From: Candidatus Fervidifonticultor sextus
GTDB lineage: Bacteria; Sysuimicrobiota; Sysuimicrobiia; Sysuimicrobiales; Humicultoraceae
Direction: 5' to 3'
Assembly (NCBI GenBank): GCA_031459875.1
Contig: JAVKHQ010000012.1
Span: 14,848 to 78,847, forward strand
DNA length: 64,000 bases
Shown: positions 26,600 through 35,476 of the stretch, in pieces
Position numbering within the stretch: position 1 is the stretch's first letter
Layout of the letters: every line of letters begins with the position of its first letter
Notes under the pieces: generated by a model
The model's database searches: none
What the model was told of the DNA's origin: nothing
The model's input: only the letters and a program-made list of their open reading frames with translations
Translations under genes and position numbers: made by a program

Positions 26600-27490
26600 G
26601 TGCACTGGCTCATCCTGATCGTTGCCGCGGCATGGCTCTTCGCATCACCGATACCCGCTCTGGCCCAGGACAACGCAGCCTGCCTTGCCTGCCATCAGGT
26701 TGAGGGGACGAAGGTCACGTTCCCCGGGGGCGGCGAACTCGACGTCACCATCAACCCCGACAAGTTCGCGGCATCGGTCCACGCCTCGTTCACCTGCACC
26801 ACCTGCCACACCCGGCACGCGGACTACCCCCATCCGCCCAGGACCGCCAACACCGCGCGGGCGTACCGCGTGACGGCCCAGGAGATCTGCGCGGGCTGTC
26901 ACGCCGATCAGCAGCGGGACTTCGACGGGGGCGTCCACGGCGGGGGCGTGCGGATGGGCCTGGGTGATGTCCCCCTGTGCACGACCTGCCACACCGCGCA
27001 TGCGGTGATCAAGCCCAAGAGCGCCGCCTTCCGCAACAGCATCCCCGAAGTGTGCGGCAACTGCCATGCCGACGAGGCCGTCATGCGGCGCTACGGGCTG
27101 CGCCCGGTCTACCAGGCGTACCTGGAGGAGTTCCACGGGGTCACGACCCGGCTCTACCGCATTGTGACCCCGCTGAGCCCGTCGCCGGCCGCAGTCTGTT
27201 ACGACTGTCACACGGCGCACCGCGTCCTGCGCGTGGCCAACCCCCTGTCCCCGGTGGCCCCGGGGAACCTCCTGGCCACCTGCCGCCAGTGCCATACCAC
27301 GGCCGGTCGCTTCTTCGCCACCGCCTGGACCGAGCATCGTGCGCCCAGCCTCCAGTATGCTCCGCTGGTCTACCTGGTGCAGGTCTTCTACCTGATCCTG
27401 ATCCCCGCCGTGGTGGGCGTGCTGGCGCTGCTGACGGTGCTGGACCTGTGGCACTGGGCCGTGACCAGGTGGGGAGGGGGCGGCGCGTGA
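26600..27490 (+). CDS. Heptaheme cytochrome c with C-terminal TM (resembles the c domain of CbcL-type proteins)
   Basis: Signal peptide ALA-Q, 7 CxxCH motifs, C-terminal TM. Confidence 0.88.
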   Translation: MHWLILIVAAAWLFASPIPALAQDNAACLACHQVEGTKVTFPGGGELDVTINPDKFAASVHASFTCTTCHTRHADYPHPPRTANTARAYRVTAQEICAGCHADQQRDFDGGVHGGGVRMGLGDVPLCTTCHTAHAVIKPKSAAFRNSIPEVCGNCHADEAVMRRYGLRPVYQAYLEEFHGVTTRLYRIVTPLSPSPAAVCYDCHTAHRVLRVANPLSPVAPGNLLATCRQCHTTAGRFFATAWTEHRAPSLQYAPLVYLVQVFYLILIPAVVGVLALLTVLDLWHWAVTRWGGGGA

Positions 27491-28236
27491 GGCGCTACCG
27501 CGGCCCCTACGTGGAGCGGTTCTCGCTGGCGCAGCGCATCGAGCACTTCGTCCTCCTGCTGACCTTCAACGTGCTGGCCCTCACCGGCCTGCCCCAAAAG
27601 TACGCCACCACAGGGTGGGGGGAGCGCCTGATCGCCGCCATGGGCGGCATCGACCAGACCCGGTTCATCCACCGGACCACTGCCGTCATCCTGATGGCCC
27701 TCGGAGTCTGGCACCTGGCCAGCGTCCTCGTGACCCGGAAGCGGCGCCTCCGCGCGCACGATATGAACCTGACCCTCAAGGACCTCCGGGACCTGCTGGC
27801 CGACATCCGGTACCTGGCCGGCCTCTCCCGCCAGCGCCCCGCCTTCGGTCGGTTCGACTACCGCCAGAAGTTCGAGTACTGGGCGGTCCTGTGGGGGACG
27901 ATCATCATGGCCGCCACCGGTCTGGTCATGTGGTTCCCGGCCCTGGTCTCGCGCTGGCTGCCCGGCGTGGTCATCCCGGCGTCCCGGGTCGCCCACGGCG
28001 GGGAGGCGCTGCTGGCGCTGTTTGCCGTGATCATCTGGCACTTCTACAACGCTCACTTCCGGCCGGACATCTTCCCCATGGACCCGGCGATGTTCACCGG
28101 GAAGATCCCGCTGGAGCGGGCCGAGCGCGAACACCCGCGGGAAGTGGAGGAACTGCGGCATCTGGGCGTCCTCCCGCCGGCGTCGGAGCCTGCGACGCCG
28201 TCTGGAGGCGATACCACGCCCTCCTCATCCAACTAG
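27487..28236 (+). CDS. Di-heme cytochrome b, FdnI/HydC family
   Basis: GTGA overlap; RFS..QRIEH, FIHR, GRFDYRQKFEYWAV.WG, AHG.EA.LA....WHFYN.H, EHP. Confidence 0.88.
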   Translation: MRRYRGPYVERFSLAQRIEHFVLLLTFNVLALTGLPQKYATTGWGERLIAAMGGIDQTRFIHRTTAVILMALGVWHLASVLVTRKRRLRAHDMNLTLKDLRDLLADIRYLAGLSRQRPAFGRFDYRQKFEYWAVLWGTIIMAATGLVMWFPALVSRWLPGVVIPASRVAHGGEALLALFAVIIWHFYNAHFRPDIFPMDPAMFTGKIPLERAEREHPREVEELRHLGVLPPASEPATPSGGDTTPSSSN

Positions 28237-28398
28237 CCTGCATCGCACCGCGGCCGGTCAGGTCTTCGCCCGATGCCTCCGCTGGGTAAATACCGCATCC
28301 GCCGTATGGTCGCAGACTGCGGCGCTCCCTAGGATGGTCCTGACTTTGGCATGTCGGGGATGTGCGCGGGCTTAAGCCAGCGCACCGGGAGGATGAGC

Positions 28399-29361
28399 AT
28401 GGGAAGCAGATCCGCACCGGGACTCCCGGCGAAGCCAGCGATACGGCGCCGGGAGCTGTTGCGGCGCGGGGCGGCGGTTGCGGCCGCGGTGGGCGGCGGC
28501 GGGGCCCTCGCGGAGGTCCTGACGCGGCGGCGCACCGAGGCCCACCCGGCGGTGCCGGCGGCGATCCGCGACCCCAGGCCCGGTGAGCACCCGCTCGTCC
28601 GCATGCAGCGGGAGCTGCACCGGGCTCTGGCCAAGCCGATTGAGCGGCGCCAGTGGGTGATGGTGGTCGACACCAGGCGCTGTATCGGCTGTGACGCCTG
28701 CACGGTGGCCTGTATCGCCGAACACGGACTGCCGCCGGGCGTCTCCTACCGGACGGTCGTGAAGGTGGAGGCCGGCGCGTTCCCCCACGTCGAGGCCTTC
28801 TTCAAACCGACCAACTGCATGCAGTGCGACAAGCCGCCCTGCCTGCCGGCGGCCAACGCCGTCAGCCCCGGTGCCATGGCCAAACGGCCGGACGGGATCG
28901 TCACGGTGGACTACGCGAAGTTCCACCGAAAGGCCTACGAGGCCGCCCGCAAGGCCTGCCCCTACAACGCGCTCTCCTTTGACGAGGGTCGCTACTGGAC
29001 CCAGGGCACCCCAGCGCTGCAGGCCTACGAGACGCGCCCGAAAGTCGAGTACGGAAGGGTCTGGACCCGCTTGAACGGTGCCTTGCCCATTGGCGCGGGC
29101 CGGAAGTGCCACTTCTGCCTGCAGCGGATCGAGGCCGGGTTGCTGCCGGCGTGTGTGGCGACGTGTATCGGCGGCGCCCTGTACTTCGGCGACGCCGGCG
29201 ACCCCGACAGCCTGGTCTCCGAACTGCGGCGCCAGGAGAAGGCCTGGCGCGTCAACGAGAGCCTGGGCACCGAGCCGCGCATGTACTACCTCGGCGCGGC
29301 CTCGCGCAAGACGATGCCGGCTACCACGCCCGAGTCGTGCCAGGCCTGTCACGGACGGTAG
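28399..29361 (+). CDS. TtrB/DmsB/NrfC-like Fe-S subunit with Tat-like leader and C-terminal CxxCH
   Basis: RRRELLRRG; CIGCDACTVAC, CMQCDKPPC, CHFC..RI..G..PACVATC, GTEPRMYY; ends CQACHGR. Confidence 0.85.
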   Translation: MGSRSAPGLPAKPAIRRRELLRRGAAVAAAVGGGGALAEVLTRRRTEAHPAVPAAIRDPRPGEHPLVRMQRELHRALAKPIERRQWVMVVDTRRCIGCDACTVACIAEHGLPPGVSYRTVVKVEAGAFPHVEAFFKPTNCMQCDKPPCLPAANAVSPGAMAKRPDGIVTVDYAKFHRKAYEAARKACPYNALSFDEGRYWTQGTPALQAYETRPKVEYGRVWTRLNGALPIGAGRKCHFCLQRIEAGLLPACVATCIGGALYFGDAGDPDSLVSELRRQEKAWRVNESLGTEPRMYYLGAASRKTMPATTPESCQACHGR

Positions 29362-29373
29362 AGGAGGAGCGCC

Positions 29374-32300
29374 ATGGCCAGGAAGATGCCCGCGCACACC
29401 ACCCGTCGCAGGCTGCTGGCCTCCGCCGCCCTCCTGGGCGGGGCGGCGGCCTACGGCCAGATCGCAAAGGTGCTGAGCACGCCGGCCCTGGCGGAAGCGG
29501 CCGAGGCCGGGGCGCCCTACCCGTATGGGAAGCCCGAGAACACACTCTACACGGTCTGCCTCCAGTGCAACACCGGCTGCGGCATCAAGGTGTACCTGGA
29601 GCGCGGCGTGGCCGTCAAGATCGAGGGCAACCCCCTCAGCCCCTGGACGATGGCCCCGCACCTGCCGTACCGGACGCCGGTCGCCGACCTCGCGGCGGTG
29701 AATGGCGCGATCTGTCCGAAAGGGCAGGCCGGCCTCCAGACCGTCTACGATCCCTACCGGATCCGCACGGTGCTCAAGCGGGCGGGTCCGCGTGGGTCGA
29801 ACAAGTGGAAGAGCATCCCGTTCGAGCAGGCCATCAGCGAGATCGTCAACGGCGGCCGGCTCTTCGCAGAGATCCCCGGCGAGGAGCACCGCGTCGTGGA
29901 AGGGTTCAAGGATGTCTACGCCCTGCGCGATCCCGCGCTAGCCCGCGCCATGGCCACCGACGTCGCCCTGGTGAAGAGCAAGCGGATGACGGTCGAGCAG
30001 TTCAAGGCGAAGTACCGGGCCCATCTGCACGTCCTCATCGACCCCGATCACCCCGACCTGGGTCCCAAGAACAACCAGTTCGTCTACTGGAAGGGCCGCG
30101 AGAAGGGCGGCCGGGGGGACTTCGTTACCCGCTTTGCCGGCGACGCCTTCGGCACCGTCAACCGCCACGGCCACACCACCGTCTGCCAGGGCTCCCTGTA
30201 CTTCACCGGCAAGGCCATGAGCGACCAGTACGTGGGCGGCACGTGGACCGGCGGCCGGAAGTTCTACTGGCAGGCGGATACCGAGCATGCCGAGTTCATC
30301 ATCTTCGTCGGCGCCAACCCCCTGGAAGCCAACTACGGGCCGCCGCTGCGCGCCGGGAAACTGACCGGGGGGATCGTCAGCGGGCGCCTCAAGATCGCGG
30401 TGGTGGATCCGCGATTCTCGCGGTCAGCCAGCAAGGCCTGGAAGTGGATCCCCAACAAGCCGGGGACCGAGGCCGCCGTCGCCATGGCCATGATCCGGTG
30501 GATCGTCGAGCACCAGCGGTTCGACGCCAGGTATCTGGCCAACGCCAACCGGGCTGCGGCGGCCGCCGACGGCGAGCCGACCTGGAGCAACGCCTCCTGG
30601 CTGGTGAAGATCGAAGACCACCAGCCCGGGAAGTTCCTGCGAGCGGCGGAGATCGGCCTCTCCGACCGCGACCTGTTCGTGGTCCTCAAGGACGGCACAC
30701 CCGTCGCCGTGGACCCCTACGATACCCGGACGCCGGTCGAGGGCGACCTCCTCGTGGACACCGTGGTGGGCGGGTTCCGGGTGAAGAGCGCGCTGCAGGT
30801 GCTCTACGACGAGGCGCGCAAGCGCTCCATCGCCGGGTGGGCGGCGCTGGCAGGGGTGTCGGCCGACGACCTAATTGAGGTGGCCAGGGAGTTCACCAGT
30901 CACGGCAAACGGGCCGCGGTGGACCTCCACCGGGGGTGCAGCCAGCACACGAACGGCTTCTACAACTGCTTCACCTGGTACGCCTTGAACACGCTGATCG
31001 GCAACTACGACTGGAAGGGCGGCTCGGCCTGGGCGAGCGCCTACGACCAGGCTGGCGGTCGGCCCGGCGCACCGTTCAACGTGCGGGCGATGCACCCCGG
31101 GCGCACGACCGCCTTTGGGACCCCCTTGATCCGCAACGAGGAGAAGTACGAGGACTCCACGCTGTTCTCGGGTTACCCGGCCCGGCGCCAGTGGTATCCC
31201 ATGGCCAGCGACATCTACCAGGAACTGCTGCCGTCGGCCGCCGAAGGGTACCCCTACCCGATCAAGATCCTGCTGCTCTACATGGGCTCCCCTGCCTACG
31301 CGCTCCCGGCCGGGCACACCAACATCGAGCTGCTGGCCGATCCCACCAAGATCCCCCTGGTGATCGCCTGCGACATCCTGATCGGCACCACCTCCATGTA
31401 CGCCGACTACATCTTCCCCGACCTCACCTACCTGGAGCGGTGGGAGTTCCACGGGACCCACCCCAGCGTGCTGCCCAAGGTCCAGCCAATCTACAGCCCG
31501 GTGATCGCGCCGCTGACCACGTCGGTGCGGGTGTACGGGGAGGAGGTGCCCGCTTCGTTCGAGGCCCTGATGCTGGCCATCGCCGAGAGACTGGGACTGC
31601 CGGGGTTTGGGCCCGACGGGTTCGGCCCGGGGCAGCCATTGACCCGTCCCGACGACTTCTACATCCGCCTGGTCGCCAACGTGGCGTTTGGCGACCGCGC
31701 CGGCGACGAGGTCCCCGACGCCTCCCCCGAGGAGGAACGCCTGTTCCTGGCCGCCCGGGCCCATCTGCCCAAGTCGGTCTTCGACCCCGAGCGGTGGCGG
31801 GCAATCCTGGGCGAGCGGTGGTGGAAGAAGCTCGTCTTCGTGCTCAACCGCGGAGGACGGTTCGCGGACTACGACTCGGCCTTCGACGGCGAGAGGCTCC
31901 GCGGACACTACGGGAACCTGGTGAACCTCTACCTGGAGAAACTGGCGACCACGAAGCACGCGCTGACCGGTCGATCCTTCTCGGGCGCTCCGGGCTACCA
32001 CCCGGTCGCGGACAGCCTGGGCCGGCCGATTCGGGACGAGGCCGCGGGCTACGACCTGCACCTCATCACCAACCGGATCATCCTCCACACCAAGAGCCGG
32101 ACGATCACGAACTACTGGCTCACCGGCATCCTGCCGGAGAACGACATCGTGATGCACCCGAGGGACGCCCGGGCCCGCAACCTGAAGGACGGGGATCGGG
32201 TGCGCATCGTTTCGGCGACCAACCCCCGAGGCGAGTGGGACCTGAAGAACGGCCAGCGCATTCCCATGGTCGGCCGTCTGAAGGTCTCAGAGGGCATCAG

Positions 32301-32526
32301 GCCGGGCGTCATCGCCTTCCCCCTGGGATACGGGCACTGGGCCACGGGCGCCGTCGATGTCATGGTCGACGGCCGCCGCATCCGGGGCGATCCGCGGCGC
32401 CGAACCGGCATCCACGCCAACGCGGCCTTCCGGACCGACCCCCAGTTCCCCAACACCTGTCTGACCGACATGGTCGGCGCGAGCGCCGTCTTCTACGACA
32501 CGAAGGTCAAGGTGGTCCCGGCATGA
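29374..32526 (+). CDS. Tat-exported molybdopterin oxidoreductase catalytic subunit (TtrA/SrdA-like)
   Basis: TRRRLL; CLQCNTGC...CPKG; YDPYRI...LKR.GPRG; HTTVC; YADYIFPD.TYLE.W; GYGHW; substrate not determinable. Confidence 0.85.
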   Translation: MARKMPAHTTRRRLLASAALLGGAAAYGQIAKVLSTPALAEAAEAGAPYPYGKPENTLYTVCLQCNTGCGIKVYLERGVAVKIEGNPLSPWTMAPHLPYRTPVADLAAVNGAICPKGQAGLQTVYDPYRIRTVLKRAGPRGSNKWKSIPFEQAISEIVNGGRLFAEIPGEEHRVVEGFKDVYALRDPALARAMATDVALVKSKRMTVEQFKAKYRAHLHVLIDPDHPDLGPKNNQFVYWKGREKGGRGDFVTRFAGDAFGTVNRHGHTTVCQGSLYFTGKAMSDQYVGGTWTGGRKFYWQADTEHAEFIIFVGANPLEANYGPPLRAGKLTGGIVSGRLKIAVVDPRFSRSASKAWKWIPNKPGTEAAVAMAMIRWIVEHQRFDARYLANANRAAAAADGEPTWSNASWLVKIEDHQPGKFLRAAEIGLSDRDLFVVLKDGTPVAVDPYDTRTPVEGDLLVDTVVGGFRVKSALQVLYDEARKRSIAGWAALAGVSADDLIEVAREFTSHGKRAAVDLHRGCSQHTNGFYNCFTWYALNTLIGNYDWKGGSAWASAYDQAGGRPGAPFNVRAMHPGRTTAFGTPLIRNEEKYEDSTLFSGYPARRQWYPMASDIYQELLPSAAEGYPYPIKILLLYMGSPAYALPAGHTNIELLADPTKIPLVIACDILIGTTSMYADYIFPDLTYLERWEFHGTHPSVLPKVQPIYSPVIAPLTTSVRVYGEEVPASFEALMLAIAERLGLPGFGPDGFGPGQPLTRPDDFYIRLVANVAFGDRAGDEVPDASPEEERLFLAARAHLPKSVFDPERWRAILGERWWKKLVFVLNRGGRFADYDSAFDGERLRGHYGNLVNLYLEKLATTKHALTGRSFSGAPGYHPVADSLGRPIRDEAAGYDLHLITNRIILHTKSRTITNYWLTGILPENDIVMHPRDARARNLKDGDRVRIVSATNPRGEWDLKNGQRIPMVGRLKVSEGIRPGVIAFPLGYGHWATGAVDVMVDGRRIRGDPRRRTGIHANAAFRTDPQFPNTCLTDMVGASAVFYDTKVKVVPA

Positions 32527-32554
32527 CAGGCAGGTAACCCGGGGGTCGGTGCGG

Positions 32555-32573
32555 TAGACATTACACATATTAA
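32555..32573 (+). promoter_or_regulatory. AT-rich patch (TAGACATTACACATATTAA), probable promoter of Rieske/cytb operon 2
   Basis: Conspicuously AT-rich in a GC-rich background, about 30 bp before the Rieske start. Confidence 0.3.
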
Positions 32574-32603
32574 GGACCAGTTCGCACCTCCCAGGACAGC
32601 AGC

Positions 32604-33050
32604 GTGGCGAGACCGCCCCTGCGGGTCACCCGACGATCACTGGCCGACTACCTAATTGGCACCGGCCTGGCGGGCCTGGCCGGAACGATCCTCTACCCGC
32701 TCGTCCGCTACCTGATCCCGCCCAAGGTCAGGGAGGTCTCGGCAGGTAGCATCGTGGCCGCCAAGGTCGCCGAGGTCGCGCCCAATTCCGGCAAGGTGTT
32801 CCTGTTCGGGGGCAAGCCCGCCATCCTGGTGCGGACGCCGGAGGGGACCTTCAAGGCCTTCAGCGCCGTCTGCACGCACCTGGCCTGCACGGTCCAGTAC
32901 CGGCCGGAGATCGGGCACATCTGGTGCGCCTGCCACGACGGCCACTACGACCTCAACGGGCAGGTGCTGGCCGGACCGCCGCCGCGTCCGCTGCCCGAGT
33001 TCAGCGTGACGGTCAGGGGGGATGACGTGATCGTGACCCGGCCGGCGTGA
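32604..33050 (+). CDS. Rieske [2Fe-2S] protein
   Basis: TRR Tat-like anchor; CTHLAC, CACHDGHY, GPPPRPL. Confidence 0.93.
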   Translation: MARPPLRVTRRSLADYLIGTGLAGLAGTILYPLVRYLIPPKVREVSAGSIVAAKVAEVAPNSGKVFLFGGKPAILVRTPEGTFKAFSAVCTHLACTVQYRPEIGHIWCACHDGHYDLNGQVLAGPPPRPLPEFSVTVRGDDVIVTRPA

Positions 33051-34108
33051 GGCCCATGGGATTGGGCGCCTGGCTCGAAGACCGCCTCCGCTGGCGCGCC
33101 GCCGACCAGTTCCTCCGCCACAAGCGCGTGCCCCTGGTCCGGCACGGATACGTCTACTACTTCGGCGGGATTACCCTCTTCCTGTTCCTCATCCAGGTCG
33201 TCACCGGCCTCCTGCTGTTGATGTACTACCGGCCCACGGCAGACGCCGCCTACGAGAGCGTCCGCTTCATCATGGCCAGGGTCCAGTTCGGGTGGCTGGT
33301 GCGCTCGGTCCATTCCTGGGCGGCCAACCTCATGGTGTTCTGGGTCTTCGCCCACCTGTTCGGAGCCTTTTTCCTGCGGGCGTATCGCCGTCCCCGGGAA
33401 CTCACCTGGATCTCGGGCGGCCTGTTGCTGTTCGTCACGCTGGCCTTCGGGTTCACCGGCTACCTGCTGCCCTGGAACATGCTGGCCTACTTCGCCACCA
33501 AGGTCGGGACCGAGATCGTCGGGGCCGTGCCCCTGGTCGGCGGCCCGCTGCTGGTGCTGCTGCGCGGCGGCGAGGACGTTACCGAGGCGACGCTCAGCCG
33601 CTTCTTCGGCATCCACGTGGCCATCCTGCCGGCGCTGACCACGCTGCTGCTCGGCCTCCACCTGTTCCTGGTGCAGTTGCACGGGATGAGCCACCCCGGG
33701 GCCCGGCCGCCGGGCCGCGCGCTGCCGTTCATCCCGCACGTCGTCCTGCGGGAGGCAATGATCTGGCTGGGGATGACGGCCCTCCTGGCCGTGCTGGCGG
33801 TGCTGCTCCCCTGGCCGGCGGGCGAGAAGGCCGATCCGCTGGCGCCGGCGCCCGCCGGCATCAAGCCCGAGTGGTACTTCGTGTTCATGTTCCAGACGCT
33901 CAAGCTGATCCCGTCCCACGTGCTGGGGCTGGAAGGTGAGCAGGCGGGCATCGTGGCCTTCGTGCTGGGCGCGGCGGTGCTGCTGGCCGTGCCGTTCCTC
34001 GATCGCGGAGAGGAGCCCACCCGGGCGACGCGGATCGTGCGGGCGGCGGGCGTGGCGGCCGTGCTCTACATCGTCGGGATGACCGCATACGGCTACCTGG
34101 CACCGTAG
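33047..34108 (+). CDS. Cytochrome b (b + subunit IV fused), canonical
   Basis: YYFGG, RSVH-x13-H, H-x14-H, IKPEWYF. Confidence 0.93.
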   Translation: MRPMGLGAWLEDRLRWRAADQFLRHKRVPLVRHGYVYYFGGITLFLFLIQVVTGLLLLMYYRPTADAAYESVRFIMARVQFGWLVRSVHSWAANLMVFWVFAHLFGAFFLRAYRRPRELTWISGGLLLFVTLAFGFTGYLLPWNMLAYFATKVGTEIVGAVPLVGGPLLVLLRGGEDVTEATLSRFFGIHVAILPALTTLLLGLHLFLVQLHGMSHPGARPPGRALPFIPHVVLREAMIWLGMTALLAVLAVLLPWPAGEKADPLAPAPAGIKPEWYFVFMFQTLKLIPSHVLGLEGEQAGIVAFVLGAAVLLAVPFLDRGEEPTRATRIVRAAGVAAVLYIVGMTAYGYLAP

Positions 34109-34115
34109 GTGACCG

Positions 34116-35405
34116 ATGGTCGGTCGGGTGCGGTGGGCAGTCCTGATCGGCGCGGCGGCGTGGCTGTGGCTGGCACCGCCCGGGCGCACCGCCGCGGCAC
34201 CGGCTCCCCCGCCGCCGCCAGCCGCCCCTGCCGACAGTTGCACCGGCTGCCACCGCACCCTCGGAGGCCGCCTGGCTGCCCCGACGCAGGCCATCGCCGA
34301 TGACATCCACGTGCGGCGGGGCTTCTCGTGTGCCGCCTGCCACGGAGGCGATCCGCAGGCGCCGGGCATGGAGGCCATGGATCCCAGGAAGGGCTTCGTG
34401 GGCAAGCCCGGGCGCCAGCGGCTCCCGGCGCTGTGCGGGCGCTGCCATGCCGATCCGGCCTTCATGCGCCGGTACAATCCCGCCACCCCCACCGACGAGG
34501 TCGCCCGCTTCCTCACCAGCGTCCACGGCCAGAGGCTGGTGAAGGGCGACGTGAAGGTCGCCACCTGTACGAGCTGTCACGGCGTGCATCCCATCCTGGC
34601 CGTCGCCGACAGCCGATCCCCGGTCTTCCCGTCCAATGTGCCCGGCACGTGCGCGCGCTGCCACGCCGACGCGCGGTACATGCAGCCCTACGGGATTCCC
34701 ATCACGCAGTATGCGGAGTATCAGGCCAGCGTGCACGGCGAGGCGCTGCTGCAGCGCGGGAGCAAACAGGCGCCGGCCTGCAACGACTGCCACGGCAATC
34801 ACGGCGCGGTGCCACCCGGGGTCGAGTCGGTGGCCAACGTGTGCGCCCAGTGCCACGCCTCCCAGCGCGACCTGTTCGTCCGCAGCCCGCACCGGGTGCC
34901 CTTCGAGGGTATGGGACTGGCTCAGTGCACGGCCTGCCACGGTACCCACAAGATCCTCCGGCCCACCGACGAGATGGTCGGGGCCGCCCCTCCGGCAGTG
35001 TGCGCCCAGTGTCACGCCCCCGGCAGCAAGGGCGCCGCCGCCGCCACCGCCATCCGGTCGGCGCTGGAGGACCTGAAGCAGGCCCTGCAGGCCGCCACCC
35101 AGGTGGTGGCCCTCGCCGAGCACGCGGGCATGGACATGACCGACGCCAAACTCCCGCTCAATGACGCCCAGACGCAGCTCATCCTGGCGCGCAACCTGGT
35201 GCACAGCCTCTCCCTGCGCGAGGTGCAGTCGGCCGCCACCGAGGGCGTGGGGCTCGCGCGCCGCGCTGCCGACCTGGGCCTGGCCGCCCTGGATGAGATC
35301 GCGTTCCGGCGGCGGGGCCTCGTGGTGGCGCTCGTGGTGATCGCGGTGCTCGTGCTGGGGCTCTACCTCAAGAGCAGGACGCTGGGAGTCCCGGGCAATT
35401 CGTAG
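34116..35405 (+). CDS. Nonaheme cytochrome c with C-terminal TM anchor
   Basis: Signal peptide, 9 CxxCH motifs, helical stalk and C-terminal TM. Confidence 0.9.
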   Translation: MVGRVRWAVLIGAAAWLWLAPPGRTAAAPAPPPPPAAPADSCTGCHRTLGGRLAAPTQAIADDIHVRRGFSCAACHGGDPQAPGMEAMDPRKGFVGKPGRQRLPALCGRCHADPAFMRRYNPATPTDEVARFLTSVHGQRLVKGDVKVATCTSCHGVHPILAVADSRSPVFPSNVPGTCARCHADARYMQPYGIPITQYAEYQASVHGEALLQRGSKQAPACNDCHGNHGAVPPGVESVANVCAQCHASQRDLFVRSPHRVPFEGMGLAQCTACHGTHKILRPTDEMVGAAPPAVCAQCHAPGSKGAAAATAIRSALEDLKQALQAATQVVALAEHAGMDMTDAKLPLNDAQTQLILARNLVHSLSLREVQSAATEGVGLARRAADLGLAALDEIAFRRRGLVVALVVIAVLVLGLYLKSRTLGVPGNS

Positions 35406-35425
35406 CGCGGCCCCCGCTGACAGCG

Positions 35426-35455
35426 TTCGGGCGCCTACCGCGGAGGCGGCCCGAA
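35426..35455. terminator. GC-rich hairpin between convergent genes
   Basis: TTCGGGCGCCT-loop-AGGCGGCCCGAA (one bulge); no U-tract. Confidence 0.35.
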
Positions 35456-35476
35456 GACCGCCCGACCGCGCACCGT

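Noticed and set aside
33047..34108. Heme ci (b6f-type) or other oddity in the third cytochrome b
   Set aside because: It reads YYFGG without the Cys, and has all four His and an intact PEWY, so it looks conventional.
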